Notes under the pieces: generated by a model
Told to the model about the DNA's origin: nothing
What the model saw: the letters and a program-made list of their open reading frames with translations, nothing else
Database searches by the model: none
In this document: positions 1 to 13,450 of the stretch, one piece after another
Position numbering within the stretch: the stretch's first letter is position 1
How the letters are laid out: every line of letters begins with the position of its first letter
Program-made: the position numbers and the translations under genes
DNA from: Antedon mediterranea
Taxonomy: Eukaryota > Animalia > Echinodermata
Direction of reading: 5' to 3'
DNA length: 64,000 nt
NCBI RefSeq assembly: GCF_964355755.1
Contig: NC_092671.1
Span: 12,152,001 to 12,216,000, forward strand

Positions 1-2924
1 TTATCTATCCGAGATGTACCGCGAAACGTAGATTTGATAACATTAGTGTTCACGCCGACGCTATTGTTCCATATTTATATCTTAGGAAGATATTATAAAG
101 AGTTTTTGAACAACATTTATGATTTCAACATTAGATTTTCCTCTCAATTTCAATTCTTCCCGGTCAAAGTAATTTCCGGGTTTAAGATAAGTTCACCTTG
201 CAACAACCTTAGTTTCAAATATTTTCTCTCTTTTAAACACAAGGGAGCAGTTAAAATAATAGATTTGACCCTAAAGGTGACTGGAAACAGGCACTTTCCA
301 TCAATCAATACAGTGTCCCTTTGGAAGAAGAAAAAAAATCAGACAGTAGGAGTGGTTGGCCATTAGTCATAGCCATTTCAGTTTTTTGTTTATTTTAAAA
401 CATACCACGCGTGTGTGAAAGTACAGTAGTTAAATTATACTGCAAATTAATAAAGATCAAATTAAATATACGTCATAAAGAATCAGAATATATTGTGGGG
501 AATAGTATTATAAAATTACATAGGGAGATTTGATGATAAGACATTTTTCGAGTGAAATCCCGATAGCTGAGTTTTATTGAGTAAGCTTGCAGGAATAACT
601 GTAGGCTATCTTCCTGTGTCCCGTTAGGACCGAGATGTCTGCCCATGTTGCAAGCCGTAATGTCTTCTTTTTTGGGCCCACTCTGTCACGGCAGTTAGTT
701 TCAAAAGATGATGATGATTAAATTAAATAATGTATTAATAATTATTAGGATGATATTCATTTGAATAAACGCCTCTCCAATAAAACATCACTTTGAATAA
801 TAACACCCCCCCCCCCCCCCAAACCCAACTATCTAATAAACGTCCATCCACATATTTATAATAACAAAATTTTACTATTTGTAGTAGAATTCACCGCACT
901 GTTATCTACAATTTACCAATCATTTGTTATTCTTTTTAGCACTTTTCATATCTATTAGAGGATTTCATTTGAATATAAATGTTACCATATTATTAAAACT
1001 AAAAAATTTAACATATATCCCTCGAATAAGCACCTCCCTCAAATGACCTCCGCCTCTCCAAAGGGCCCTACCAAACAATAAAAACTATACTTTAAAATGT
1101 TATTAATCATCTAAAACACTGTGAAACAAAGTAGTTTAGTTTTACGAATGTCAAGCATTTTCAATAATGGTAACCGACAGAAAACGTATAAGGAGAACAT
1201 TATCATTCCGAGAACCATCGTCTACACACCCTCTAGTGCAAAGAATTGAAGTAGTCATACTAAAACCAAAGATAGTGTTGTATGAAACTTACGCGGTAAT
1301 TACATATAGGCCTGGTTTTAATGGGCATTATTGTTTTGGTTGCATAAAACTGTACAACTATATGCACGTCCAACAACACCAGGTCAGTGCAATGCAGTGT
1401 ATGGTGGTTCGTGGTTGTGAATTGGCGCGGCTGCTGCATACGCTGCAAATATAGTGAACACTATCTTAAACATAATATATAATAAAGCACTACTTCTGCT
1501 GCATGCTAAGAATTGTTAGTTTGGGGTTTTTTTGCCTGTTTGTTTACGACACATACATCAATTTTTGTTGGGATATCGCGTGAAGGACCAGGATATTTTG
1601 TTTATTCATCTATTTTTTTATATATTTGTTTTATTCGGGGATTGTAAATGTTCCTTTATAGAATAGTCAGCATTTCAAGGATGGGTTCAAGGATGCGCTG
1701 AAATGAGTCACGTGGGCGCTCTTTTTTCACTATATTCATTCACTGGAGTGAAAAAAGTGCGCAGCATAAAGGTATAAAACAAAATACCGATTGCGCTAGG
1801 CGCTGCATGATTTACGAGTAGAGAACTATTCGTCTAAAAACATTTAAAAACAAACAAACACACACCACCTGTATATTGTCAATTCAGGCACAAAGTTTTG
1901 GGCTAGGCTAGGCGGTGATTTCGTCGCCGAGCAGAGTGGTGCTTATGGCAGACCCATGTTATAAAACTGAAATACTGAATACTGAAATGCTTTATTTGTC
2001 CATCATCATCATAAAATAACAACAGAATTCTTCTTGAAGATTGACAATTATTAGTACAATAATAAATAGATATACAATATAATATACACACACATAATTG
2101 CAAAAAAAATATTATTTGTATATATTATTTGTATATTAACATAAAAGAACAATTAATAATAAGATAACCATCGTTTGCAGACAATTTTAATCGAACCGAT
2201 CAGATACAGTACACTAGTGAAAGCTACGAAAGCTATGAGTACAGTCCCTAAATATTATCCAATTACAATTCGAGATTTCGACATTCTAATTTGAAATTTC
2301 GATATTATTTTTTTTTAACTTTTGATTCGAACTTAGAGTAGGACATCACCATAAAGTGTTTAATGAACGGAAGGTGCGAAGTAATTACGGTGACAGTTAA
2401 ACACAATCTATTTCGCTTTCCTATCCTGATACATAAAATCTGGTGTCCTCCGAATCTGAAATAAAAGGAAGACATATTGAACCCTGTAGCCCTCACAAAC
2501 GATATGTTAAGTTAGGCCTATTGATTAAAACAATATTGAGTTGAATAACAACAAATTCTTACAACACTCAATTAAGCCAGGATTCCCCTGCACATAATCA
2601 CAGGCAAATTGTTTTCCACCACACAGTTCTTCACAATCTAGACCGTCTGTAACTATTTCTAATCCTAAAAGAAAACACTGATTAATTAACTGTATCGCAA
2701 GTGTTTGAATTGTGCGTATTGAATAACTTTAAAATAAATACATTTGAACTTCCAAATAAAATCCCGCCAGAGGACTTCATGTTAGTAATAGGTATGGTAT
2801 TGATAATAAACGTGTTGCATTTTATTGTAATAATGACGATAATTAACCGTATAATAATGACGCACTAATCAGTGACGATGTAGATTGATATTGCGAAATG
2901 TGAAAACCACCGTGAAAAACTTAC

Positions 2925-3004
2925 CTTCGGTCATTGCTACAATTAGTATAGCAAACAAAACAGCTCAAAACATTTTTATAAACTGACGTGAATAACTGAA
3001 TATT
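2925..3004 (-). pseudogene. Degenerate signal-peptide exon of a secreted/membrane protein gene (copy A)
   Basis: Minus strand reads ATG(2973) MF*AVLFAILIVAMTE-G then a GTAAG donor at 2924-2920 (phase 1), with an in-frame TGA at codon 3. Homologous to 6715-6810. A possible next exon starts at 2455 (DSEDTRFYVSG*ESEIDCV*) and also has stops. Confidence 0.4.
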
Positions 3005-3554
3005 CTACGGAGAAAATAGAGACAACGGGGTAAATAATATTTGCTAATCATAATAAATAATAACGCTAACTATTTATATAATTGGCGGAGCCAAAAGGAG
3101 GGTAGAAGATTAGACCACGTTTGTCAGGAGAAAAGGTAAAACAATTATTCCTTTGAATAACACTCATTTATAGGTACATTATTGTAAACTTAGGTTCTTT
3201 TATTGTTTAACGGTTTATGCGCGTTGTGCAGTGTTGTCTAAATTCTGGGTATGTGTCTCCTCCGTCAGGAAAAATCCTGGCGTCACCACGAACAAATTAC
3301 CTGGTAGAGAAATACTCGAATCTCAGCCTGGCCTGGCAAACATGAAAGAGTTTTTCAAAAAAAGATACGCCTATATTATTATCTGAAGACTTAGGCCAAC
3401 TATAAATTCTAACATAAAATAAAACCCTTTAAAGCAGCACCCAGCAGTAATGCCGAAGTAATAATAATAATGATGATAAAATCTATATAAATAACGAAAC
3501 AACAATGTCCAACAACAACGTTGATATTGTTATCAAGTGGAAATATGTAAATAT

Positions 3555-3635
3555 GTAAATAAATAAATAAATAAATAAATGAATAAATAAATAAATGAAT
3601 AAATAAATAAATGAATGAATGAATGAATAAATAAA
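3555..3635. repeat. (TAAA)n/(TGAA)n microsatellite
   Basis: Directly visible tetranucleotide run. Confidence 0.9.
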
Positions 3636-4491
3636 ATGAAACGGTAAAGAAAAGAATGCGACAACAAAAAAAGGTTTGGCTACTTACAAATCAATTCTGT
3701 TGAAACGTTGTGAACTTTTCACGGTGGTGACAGAACGCAAACTATAATGTTATGAAGTGTATGGCACGATTTATAGTAGTTAACTACAAGTTTGTTTTAG
3801 ATAATAATAGCTTAATAAAGCAATATTTAAATTCGCACATTAACATTTTGTTAAATAACATTGCTTTCTGTGACATTTGAATATTCGGTTGATCTTTTGT
3901 CCATTTGTCGATGTTATTAATATTAATGCTTTTTATTTGATAATAAATGATAATAAATTTGGTAAACATGTCCATATAAAATATCATCTATTTCATTAAA
4001 TTTATTATGAATCTAATAATTTCTGTGACATTTAAATTTGTCTATGACGTAATGGTTTTTTTTTTCACATTAACATTTTGTTAAATGACATAGCTTTCTG
4101 TGACATTTAACTATTCGCTTGATCTTTTGTCCATTTGTCGATGTTATTAATAATAATGCTTATATATTCGATAATAAATGATAATAAATTTGGTAATTAA
4201 AGTGTATTTGTGAATCTAATAATTTCTGTGACCTTTAAATTTGTCTATTATATCTAATTTCAACTTAATGATTTTTTTAAATGATAAATGAAAAGAAAAG
4301 TGGATTTGATATATCGTGACTTCTTTCTTTACATTCTATGAAGACAATTTGTTAACCCACACCTCTTAATCGATGACCATTAATTCTGGATATTCGTCTT
4401 CATGCAACGGACGATGATAACATTTATAAATTTTGAGAATTGATTTACTCACATAACCATGTCAGAGCAGCACTATGAATTCAATCATTTA

Positions 4492-4596
4492 AGCTTGGTT
4501 CCTTGACCAATCATCACGACGCGACAGATAATGCGTCGTGATTGGTCAAATCACTTACGTTGCGCTTGCATTGCGTCCTAGAGTGTGAACCAAGCT
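4492..4596. mobile_element. Degenerate MITE of the AGCTTGGTTC-TIR family
   Basis: Ends AGCTTGGTTC...GAACCAAGCT with internal palindrome GACCAATCA...TGATTGGTC; same family as 22925-23103 and 44079-44217. Confidence 0.6.
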
Positions 4597-5077
4597 CAAT
4601 CGCAAGCGCAAAGTACTGATAATGACTGGGTAATAATGTTCAGCGCTTAGAGAGATTGCTTGTATGCGTTATGTACGAATGAACTACAGTATTATTATTA
4701 TCAAGTTGTTGGACTAATTGAAATCGAATTGTCGCTTGTCATTGTTAAATTCGCCTGCGTTGCGTCTACATCTATGCATCTCATCGCTAGTGGGCGGGAC
4801 GCTTAAGATATGGATCGCGTGTTATAGAGTTTGTGAAAACATACGTATACGCATAAGTATCCGTGTCACAATACGTATACGGTCCGGATACGTTTGAGTT
4901 TCCTATAGCTTTTTTCATTTGGGCAACATTGAATTTACAGCTTTGTTTATTTGGGCAAAATCAAACCTAGGTTCATCGCATTAGCGCATCTAGCCTACAG
5001 GCCTATAGTCAACATTTTTTACTTCTTTGTTGTACATTTTTATACTTAAAATCTGTGTATACGTTTTGTTGTTAAAA

Positions 5078-5539
5078 TGTGATATGTGCCGCTAATTTCA
5101 ACGAATAAATCTTAAACGCATTAGAAATCGGTATCTTTAATAAATTACCATTCCTTAACAATACAGTAACATCTAAGTATCTACATGAACATTCTAGAAT
5201 AAGATGTTTTGATTTAAGAAACCATGTATAATTAATATAAGAACAATCAGGAACATTCCAGAAGTGCTAAAGAAACTGTAATCCAATAGAATAAGAAGTA
5301 TAAGGAATGATCTAGAAGGTTATGAACATATTGTAGGGGAAGTATGACAATTGTAAGGAGGGAGAAGGATTTTTTTATTGAAGCATTTATTTTGAAGAAG
5401 GTTGGATATTAGATTGTAAAAGTTATTGTGAAGCTGTTGTTTAAAGATTATTGAAAGTTGAAGTTGATTGGAATTAAAGCTTTGTTTTTTTAGTTATTTT
5501 ACAACTTTGTGGATTTTGTGTGTATACTTTTATGTCACA
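5078..5539 (+). mobile_element. Possible solo LTR
   Basis: Termini TGTGATAT...ATGTCACA are imperfect inverted ends (TG..CA); ATTAAA near the 3' end; no target-site duplication found. Confidence 0.35.
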
Positions 5540-6714
5540 AGAGAGTTCCTAAAGTATTTTCAACCACTCGGAAACATACGTAAAGGGAGTTCGTGTCAGT
5601 ATCACGTACGGTATTGATGTCACGCTATACACCTAATGTGTGTGACGTAGTTTACTTTAACATTTTAATACTGCAAAATCTACAGTCGCTTACATTAACA
5701 TTTTGTTTGTTAAATCGTATATACTTACTAATTAATAACTGCAATATCTGAATTCGTTTGAATAAATTGGTTAAATCGTAATAAATTAATATTCTATATT
5801 GTCTATTTGTCATTAATCGTATCGTTCGCTAATGATATTAGTTGCTAAAATATACATAAGAACAGAAACAAATGTAAATTTCATTTTGTAAAACTCAATA
5901 TTTCTTTAACAATGGTTATATATGACCTTTGTGGCCTTTAGATTAAACAATTACACATATACATATTTTTTTTTGTCAACATATGATACAATAATATGCA
6001 AAGAAGAAGTACAGTGAATGTTATCGCTCGCCCCTTAGTCACCTATTACTTTGTTTCATGTTATTCTAATTGGAATGAATTTGGCTCTCTTTGGACAACG
6101 GAAGACACAGTGCAGTTTGATAGTCTAGACAAGACTTTATAATACTCCACTTGTAAAGAAAGAGAGAAACCTTAGCACAATTCTAATAATAGATAATAGA
6201 GTTATAATAACGTTATAAGAAATCTGTAAGAACGAAAAATCGTCCCAGACTGAAGCGTTGGGTGTACTTACTAAACAAAACTTTCTCAGGCGTATATATT
6301 TTTACGTGACGTACACAGCTGTCACTGAATGATAACTCATACAAAAAGTATATTTAACTCAACTAGAACATTTATTCCTTGAAATTCGATTAATACATCT
6401 TTCTACCACTACCAGTCAAGCCTTAATATTTTCTTTATCATCTTTCCGTTTATCTACTCTGATCTTATTCTCTCTTCTCCACCTAATATCTTTTACATTC
6501 TACTTTTATACTGGATATGCAAATTTTAGGCTTCAGAGGAGGATAACATTTTCCCTCCTAAATTTACACGATTTTGATTGGCTAATAATAAGGCGGACCT
6601 GGTCTAAAGCATCCTTCTCTAAACACAGAGAATCACAACATCAATAATATGACAATCATATTAAGATTGTAATCTGAATTATTCCCCGTTTTACGAATAA
6701 AAAAAAAATCTTAC

Positions 6715-6810
6715 CTTTAGTCACTTCATGGCATAATGACTGACATAATTAGTATTGCAAAGAGTAAAGCTCGGAATATTTTGATAGCTGATATTAAATA
6801 ACTGAATACT
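6715..6810 (-). pseudogene. Degenerate signal-peptide exon (copy B)
   Basis: Reads IFRALLFAILIMSVIMP* with ATG changed to ATA, then a GTAAG donor at 6714-6710; aligns with 2925-3004 including upstream sequence. Confidence 0.35.
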
Positions 6811-7806
6811 CTACAACAACAAAAATAAGGGATAAAATTATTTGAAAACAAAACCTACAAAATAGAATATGTATAAAAAATAAAATAAAAAATAGCAACA
6901 ACATAAATCTCCTGGCAACGCATTCAGTCGCCCTTGCCACTAGGTCAATGGGGCTTTTTAGGACATCTCCAATTCCTATAATTATACAGTAATTTATTTC
7001 ATCTTTCTCAAGTGAGATGTGATTGGACCTTAATTAGGCCTAGTTCTAAAAAAAAAAACAGAGAAGAGTGTGTGTAATTCCACTCTTCTCTGAGAAAACG
7101 AATTTACCCGAACATAGATCGGTACGGTAGTAATTATTACTCTAACTAGAAAGCGAGAAACCGGTCTCTAATGAACCATAGAGATATTATAGGGACTTAT
7201 AATATATCTATGAATGCTAATAATAAATAATAGTACAGTAATAATAATGATAAGAAGTGTGGGAGAACGAAAGATCATTCCGATTGAAGCGAATGAAAAC
7301 AAACCTTTCCTGTTTTAACACCTCAGTACTGGTACCGGTACGACAACAAATGGTGTAATATATAATATGAAGTTTGTCAATTTATAGTTTTATCAACCTT
7401 TGCAATATCTACATTCGCTTACATTAACATTTTGTTTGTTAAATCATATACATTAATATTTCTGTAATATCTGAATTCATTTGAATTTAATTTTTTATAT
7501 CGTATACATAAAATATTCTATATTGTGTATTTGTCATTAATAAAAACTGTTGTTAATGATAATAGTTGCCATAATTTACATAAGAACAAAATCAAACATA
7601 AATTCCTTTTTGTAAAAGTCAATATTTTCTTAACAATGGTTATATTGTTATATGTGACCTTATGCGACCTTTAAATTGAACAATTATACATATAAATATG
7701 TGTTTATTGTCAACCTATGATACAATAATGTGCCAAAGAAGAAGTTGAATTTTATCGCTCAACCGATTCTGTAACCGTTACTAATTGTTCACCGTTGCGC
7801 AGTCAG

Positions 7807-8217
7807 GATACTGTCTGTCATCGGTCACCAGTGACGAAAGTTATCAAGATACTGTCTGTCATTGGCCACCAGTGACGAAAGTTATCAAGATACTGTCTGT
7901 CATCGGTCACCAGTGACGAAAGTTATCAAGATACTGTCTGTCATTGGTCACCAGTGACGAAAGTTATCAAGATACTGTCTGTCATCGGTCACCAGTGCCG
8001 AAAGTTATCAAGAAACTGTCTGTCATCGGTCACCAGTGACGAAAGTTATCAAGATACTGTCTGTCATCGGTCACCAGTGACTAAAGTTATCGAGATACTG
8101 TCTGTCATTGGTCACCAGTGACGAAAGTTATCAAGATACTGTCTGTCATCGGTCACCAGTGACGAAAGTTATCGAGATACTGTCTGTCATTGGTCACCAG
8201 TGACGAAAGTTACCAAG
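7807..8217. repeat. 41-bp minisatellite, about 10 copies
   Basis: Unit GATACTGTCTGTCATCGGTCACCAGTGACGAAAGTTATCAA repeated head-to-tail with few substitutions and no spacers. Confidence 0.95.
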
Positions 8218-11200
8218 TACATACTTGTCATGTGTATTAAATTTGTAAACTAGGACGGGTCATGATCAAATTACAAACCCCAAAGCACGTCTGGGAAAAG
8301 AGAGTCTATCAAAACATTTGCTGATAATACAAAATACCAAATTGTAACAACAGAATCTATACCCCATGTTATTAAATGACAAGTATCCTTTGACAAATTC
8401 TTAACAATTGCATGGAAAGAACGCAATGAAATTTACAATACTTTTTAATTACTTTATTGATTTTTGTACTACATATTTAAATATACAGTATATACAGTTT
8501 TTACTTTAATTTCAGTATTGTTTTTTTTTTCCTTTTTAATCACTTGTACTTATATTTATATTGTAATCAATGAAGTGTTTACTATTATCTGTGTACTATT
8601 ATATTATTTTGTAGACTTGCCCCAAGTCTGTATTATCTTTTTTTTTAATTTATTTGTTTTTATTTCGACCGCGATTTTTGTCTGAAAATACAGACTTGTG
8701 AAACACGTATAGAAATCGATTTGCAGACCGCAAACATACGATAAGAATGACGTAGGTTATCATACCGTATTTGGCTATATGGGGCGGGCGGTATGTAAAT
8801 ATGGATTTCGAATCAACCAATGATCATTTTGTTTCAAAATGAAAGAGATCGAGTACGTAGTAGGCCTACCAGTGCTTAATGTACGATCGAGACTGTTGAA
8901 ATATAAAATAGTAATGCCAAGTTGTTTTGTTTATTAATTGTTTAGTCCTTGGCCTAGGCCTCTTTCGTAGGTCCTACTCAACTCGCACGTATGACCTGCC
9001 AAATAAAACGCCAATGAAGTAGGCCTAGGCCTACATACCACCGGCACACAACAGGGCTACACCACTACACAGAACAGGACAGGGTCTGGGTGGGAATTAA
9101 ATCAAAATTATCTCCGCGTAATAAATGATCCATTCAATGTTTGATTTGCGGAGAAGCTAGCCTATCATATATCAAGACGAGTTTTCATGTTTCAAAGATC
9201 CCATCAAATGTTTACCAGACTACTAGGCATATAAAATAATTTCTAGCATTCAGAACTTTCATAAAATGTACCCAAGTACACATTGTCTAAACGTAACATA
9301 GCGCATGCGCATCATCTTAGTTGTTGAGTCTTTGAAATTCTGAAATATGAATATATAAACCGTGTACGAGAGAGTAGCCAATCGCATGCAGCTGAAACTA
9401 GTCAACCGGATAATCGTATGCACCAAGAATTCTTGGTGTCAAACCACGTGACTTGTGCGTGTTTCCCCAGACGGAGTATCCAAAATTACATTTCCACCTT
9501 TGGCCAGCAACACCCACAAACATTAATGTGGGTTATCATTAGACCTTATAAAACTGATGAGAACCTGTAAACTTGAATGCCATATTTCATCTAAATCCTT
9601 CTGTGAAGCGATTATTCGCAAATAACTTAAAGGATTTTGAGGTAAAGTGTTCATTGAATGTTCATTAAAGATATGACTAAAAATTAAACTATTGCATTAT
9701 TATTAGGCATTGGTAATTAACTTTAATAGTTATTTTTTGCTGTTTCGTTTTGGTAGGCCAACAAATTAAGCTAAAACAGATACACTATTTGAATTTACTA
9801 CGCCAAATGAAGCAATAGATGATGGTACATTGTGTTATGCTTGTCCTAGGTACGCATTTTTATTATTAATAATTTGTTTAAATTACAACTCCCTGGTTGC
9901 ATGTTATGCTAATTGCTTTTATTTAAAGTAAATTGATTTTAATTACATGTAGTCTTTTTTTCTTAGGGTAAAGGAACAAAAGTTATTTCCATGGATGCAA
10001 ATTTTGGCCTTATTAGAAGGAGGAAGGCAGGAACAAGTTTGGAGCCACCAAGGTACAAAACAACATTTTTCTTGGAAGACGAAGAATCCAATCAATTTGT
10101 CGAAAACTACAATGACAATGACTGTAAACATGTAAACAGTACACAACATGTGCCATATTATTTATAGAGTACGGTACTGTTATTTAACACCATCAATATT
10201 TCTGTAATAATGTTGTTACTTACATTTATCACATTACTAATTTATTCAACCGAAGTTGAGTTTTTTGCTTAGAACTTGTAGATCATAAACTACCAGCGAA
10301 TAGAATTGCTATTGGAGTAGCCGAATCATACACGTCAACCGTTTTATTAGTTACTCACCCTTGCGCGAAGACGACGACCGGCAGTATATCTCTCTCCCTT
10401 CCATGTCTCGTGGCGCGGGGCCCTTCTGAATCGCTTGACTTAGGTGATGGCCTAGCCTTCCTAGCTAGGGCCTCGGATTTGAACGCCGCTTTTAACACAG
10501 CCATTTTAACCCAATAAAAATGTTATTTCATTAAACAATTAAAATAGAAGTTCAAATATTATTTAGAGTTTTGAAAATTCCACGTTTAAGTGTAATTTGA
10601 ACTGTATATTTAAGGTTATATAGGCCTATACATTATTTTTAGTCGTTCTCCGTAAACGGGAAAATGGTAACTTTATCGTTCTAAAAAAGAAGACGACGGA
10701 ATTTCATGCTAAGCTCCGCCCACTTTGTTAAAGCTCATGCATACATTATTCATGAGCACCGTCCTATGGTTTCCTGTCATGTTTCGTCCCTATTGTATGT
10801 ATATTGTTACTGAATTTGTCATGAAAGTGAAAAAAAAATTTTGTCATATTTGGAGATACAGCACTGAGAATCGGGTGATTTCCGTTTGGTTATCATTAGT
10901 GATTTAATTAAGTTGTGATATTTAACAAAAAACTCGAATAACAAAATAGTAGTATGTACATCTCTTTATTTCATACGGTACAAGAGGAGAGGATAACCTT
11001 AAATGTTATTATACTATTTGAACTTATGGTATGGAGTTGTTTATAAATTAATGGAAATAATTAAAACCCTTTCCTTATCCATTGGGGAGAAAAATAAAGT
11101 TTGTATGTTAACCATCACGTTGATAGTTGTATATATGGTACGGTAGCAGTCATAAACAAAACCTCAACATTGAATATTTCTTGTATTCTATATTTTGCTT

Positions 11201-12854
11201 CCCTATCCTCCAATATAAAATCTTGTGCGCGTGTTTTCTGAAGAAGAAAAAAACAACACAATAATGGTAGCACTGAATGTACGCTATAACATGATTGGAT
11301 ATGTAAGTAGTAATACACAGCATAGTGGGCGATAAAAGCAATAGCCTATATGACTACAAAGGCTTATGGCATTAAATCTGGCCATTAGGCTCAACCGAGC
11401 ACGTAAAATTTGCTCCACATGTTGAATTTTGACACAGTGTTGGGTCAGTTCTTCCAAATCATAAAAAATTAAACATTAAAACAATTATAAAAAAGTGTTA
11501 CTAGGCCTATTATACTTTCCATCCTCAAATTGTGGAACTGGATATCTCCACCTTACCTCACAAGTTTTAATAAAATAATAATTGTTAGAGATTTCTAGAT
11601 AAATGGTAAAGACTACTTCGTATATATTGATTGATTGATCATTTTAATTCAGAATAAGTATTCCATGATACACAAATACAAAAACGGAGAATAAAATAGG
11701 ATTTTCTCCCATTTAGTGAAGAGATTTGAAGATCGTAACAGATAGTTCATAGCACACCTAACAAGATCATTTTCACTATATTTAAAACTCTTATTCTTAA
11801 ACCATAGACGCGCTTGTGTGCATGCAATTATATATGTATATATGTAGAAAATGTTGTATTTATAAAATGATATTTATTAAATCTATAAACCGCGGTGGTG
11901 CTTATAATCATATAAAGAAGAGATAGAATCTCATCCCCCGCGCACCGTTACAGTATAACGAGTAAAAATACAAACAGTATGTAGGCATTTACTTTCAGGA
12001 ATTACCGACACAATTAGTATTACAAACAGTAAAGCTTGAAACACGGTAGATAAATAAATAATCTATGACAAATAAGACATGGTAATAAAAATTAATATTA
12101 GACACAGTAAATAACATCCAGAATATATTATACACTATATAAATATATACAATACAAAATTGCCACAATAGCCAACTTTCGAACTTAATGATATGGGTGA
12201 AACTACCCGATTCATGAACTGTAGGCCCATATGGCATTGTCTGTTCAGTGTATTCTATACAAATTACAGTATGTAATACAGTTTCACATAATGTATAACA
12301 TACGGTGCTTGTATTATGTTAAGAGTTAGGTTAGGCTTATGTTTTTATAGGCGTCACATGTTATACATGTATCACAGAATGATGCAGAATAATAGATACA
12401 GTGCTATCGAGAGTCGGCCAGTGAAACAGTGACGTAGGCCTAATATAATGTGAAATTTTAAACGAGAAAATATGTAGGTCTATAGGCCTATAAGAGTAAA
12501 CGAATCAGTCACATAAAGGTACTTACCTTTCTAATGCAAACGATAACTAATCTGTGTTATAATGTATTTGTCAAACGAACATTTGTTTGCTAATTAATAC
12601 ATACATAATATTTTACTATTTGTTTAGTATGAAATTTGCAAAATCTACATAACTATTTATATTTTAATTTTAAAGTCAATATCCTTAACAATATTATGTG
12701 ACCTTTGAATTGGATTATGATTGAATAACACGAATCTATAAATTAGATTTAATTTTTAGGTAAACGGTAATAACATGGTTATAGTTTAATGATCTGTTTC
12801 ATGTACCATATATAAGTTTTAAACAATACAAATTGGATTATGGTAATATAGAAC

Positions 12855-13450
12855 AAATGTCATTTATGTTTAATTTGATGGTAATATAATTTGCAATAAT
12901 TGGTAATAAATATGAATTTTACACAATAGAAATACAATTATAGTAATATTGAACTTGTTTTCTTTTTTATCTTTTAATTATATTAATTTATTTGATCAGG
13001 TTGACCGAAATGTCATTTATGTTTAATTTGATGGTAATATAATTTGCAATAATTGGTAATAAATATGAATTTTACACAATAGAAATACAATTATAGTAAT
13101 ATTGAACTTGTTTTCTTTTTTATCTTTTAATTATATTAATTTATTTGATGAGGTTGACCGAAATGTCATTTATGTTTAATTTGATGGTAATATAATTGGC
13201 AATAATTGGTCATAAATATGAATTTTACACAATAGAAATACAATTATAGTAATATTGAACTTGTTTTCTTTTTTATCTTTTAATTATATTAATTTATTTG
13301 ATGAGATTGACCGAAATGTCATTTATGTTTAATTTGATGGTAATATAATTTGCAATAATTGGTAATAAATATGAATTTTACACAATAGAAATTAGATTAT
13401 AGTAATATTGAACTTGTTTTATTGTCTACTGTTAATTATATTAATTTATA
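12855..13450. repeat. 153-bp tandem repeat, about 3.9 copies
   Basis: AAATGTCATTTATGTTTAATTTG recurs at 12855, 13008, 13161 and 13314. Confidence 0.95.

Noticed and set aside
34-366. 110-aa ORF at the window start
   Set aside because: Non-ATG start, no recognisable motif, overlaps a dispersed repeat.
7807-8217. CRISPR-like array (41-bp repeats with an internal palindrome)
   Set aside because: Units are contiguous with no unique spacers, there are no cas genes, and the context is eukaryotic; it is a minisatellite.
12855-13450. 153-bp (51-codon) repeat as a coding repeat
   Set aside because: Stops in all three minus-strand frames checked, and the ORF track shows no ORF on either strand.
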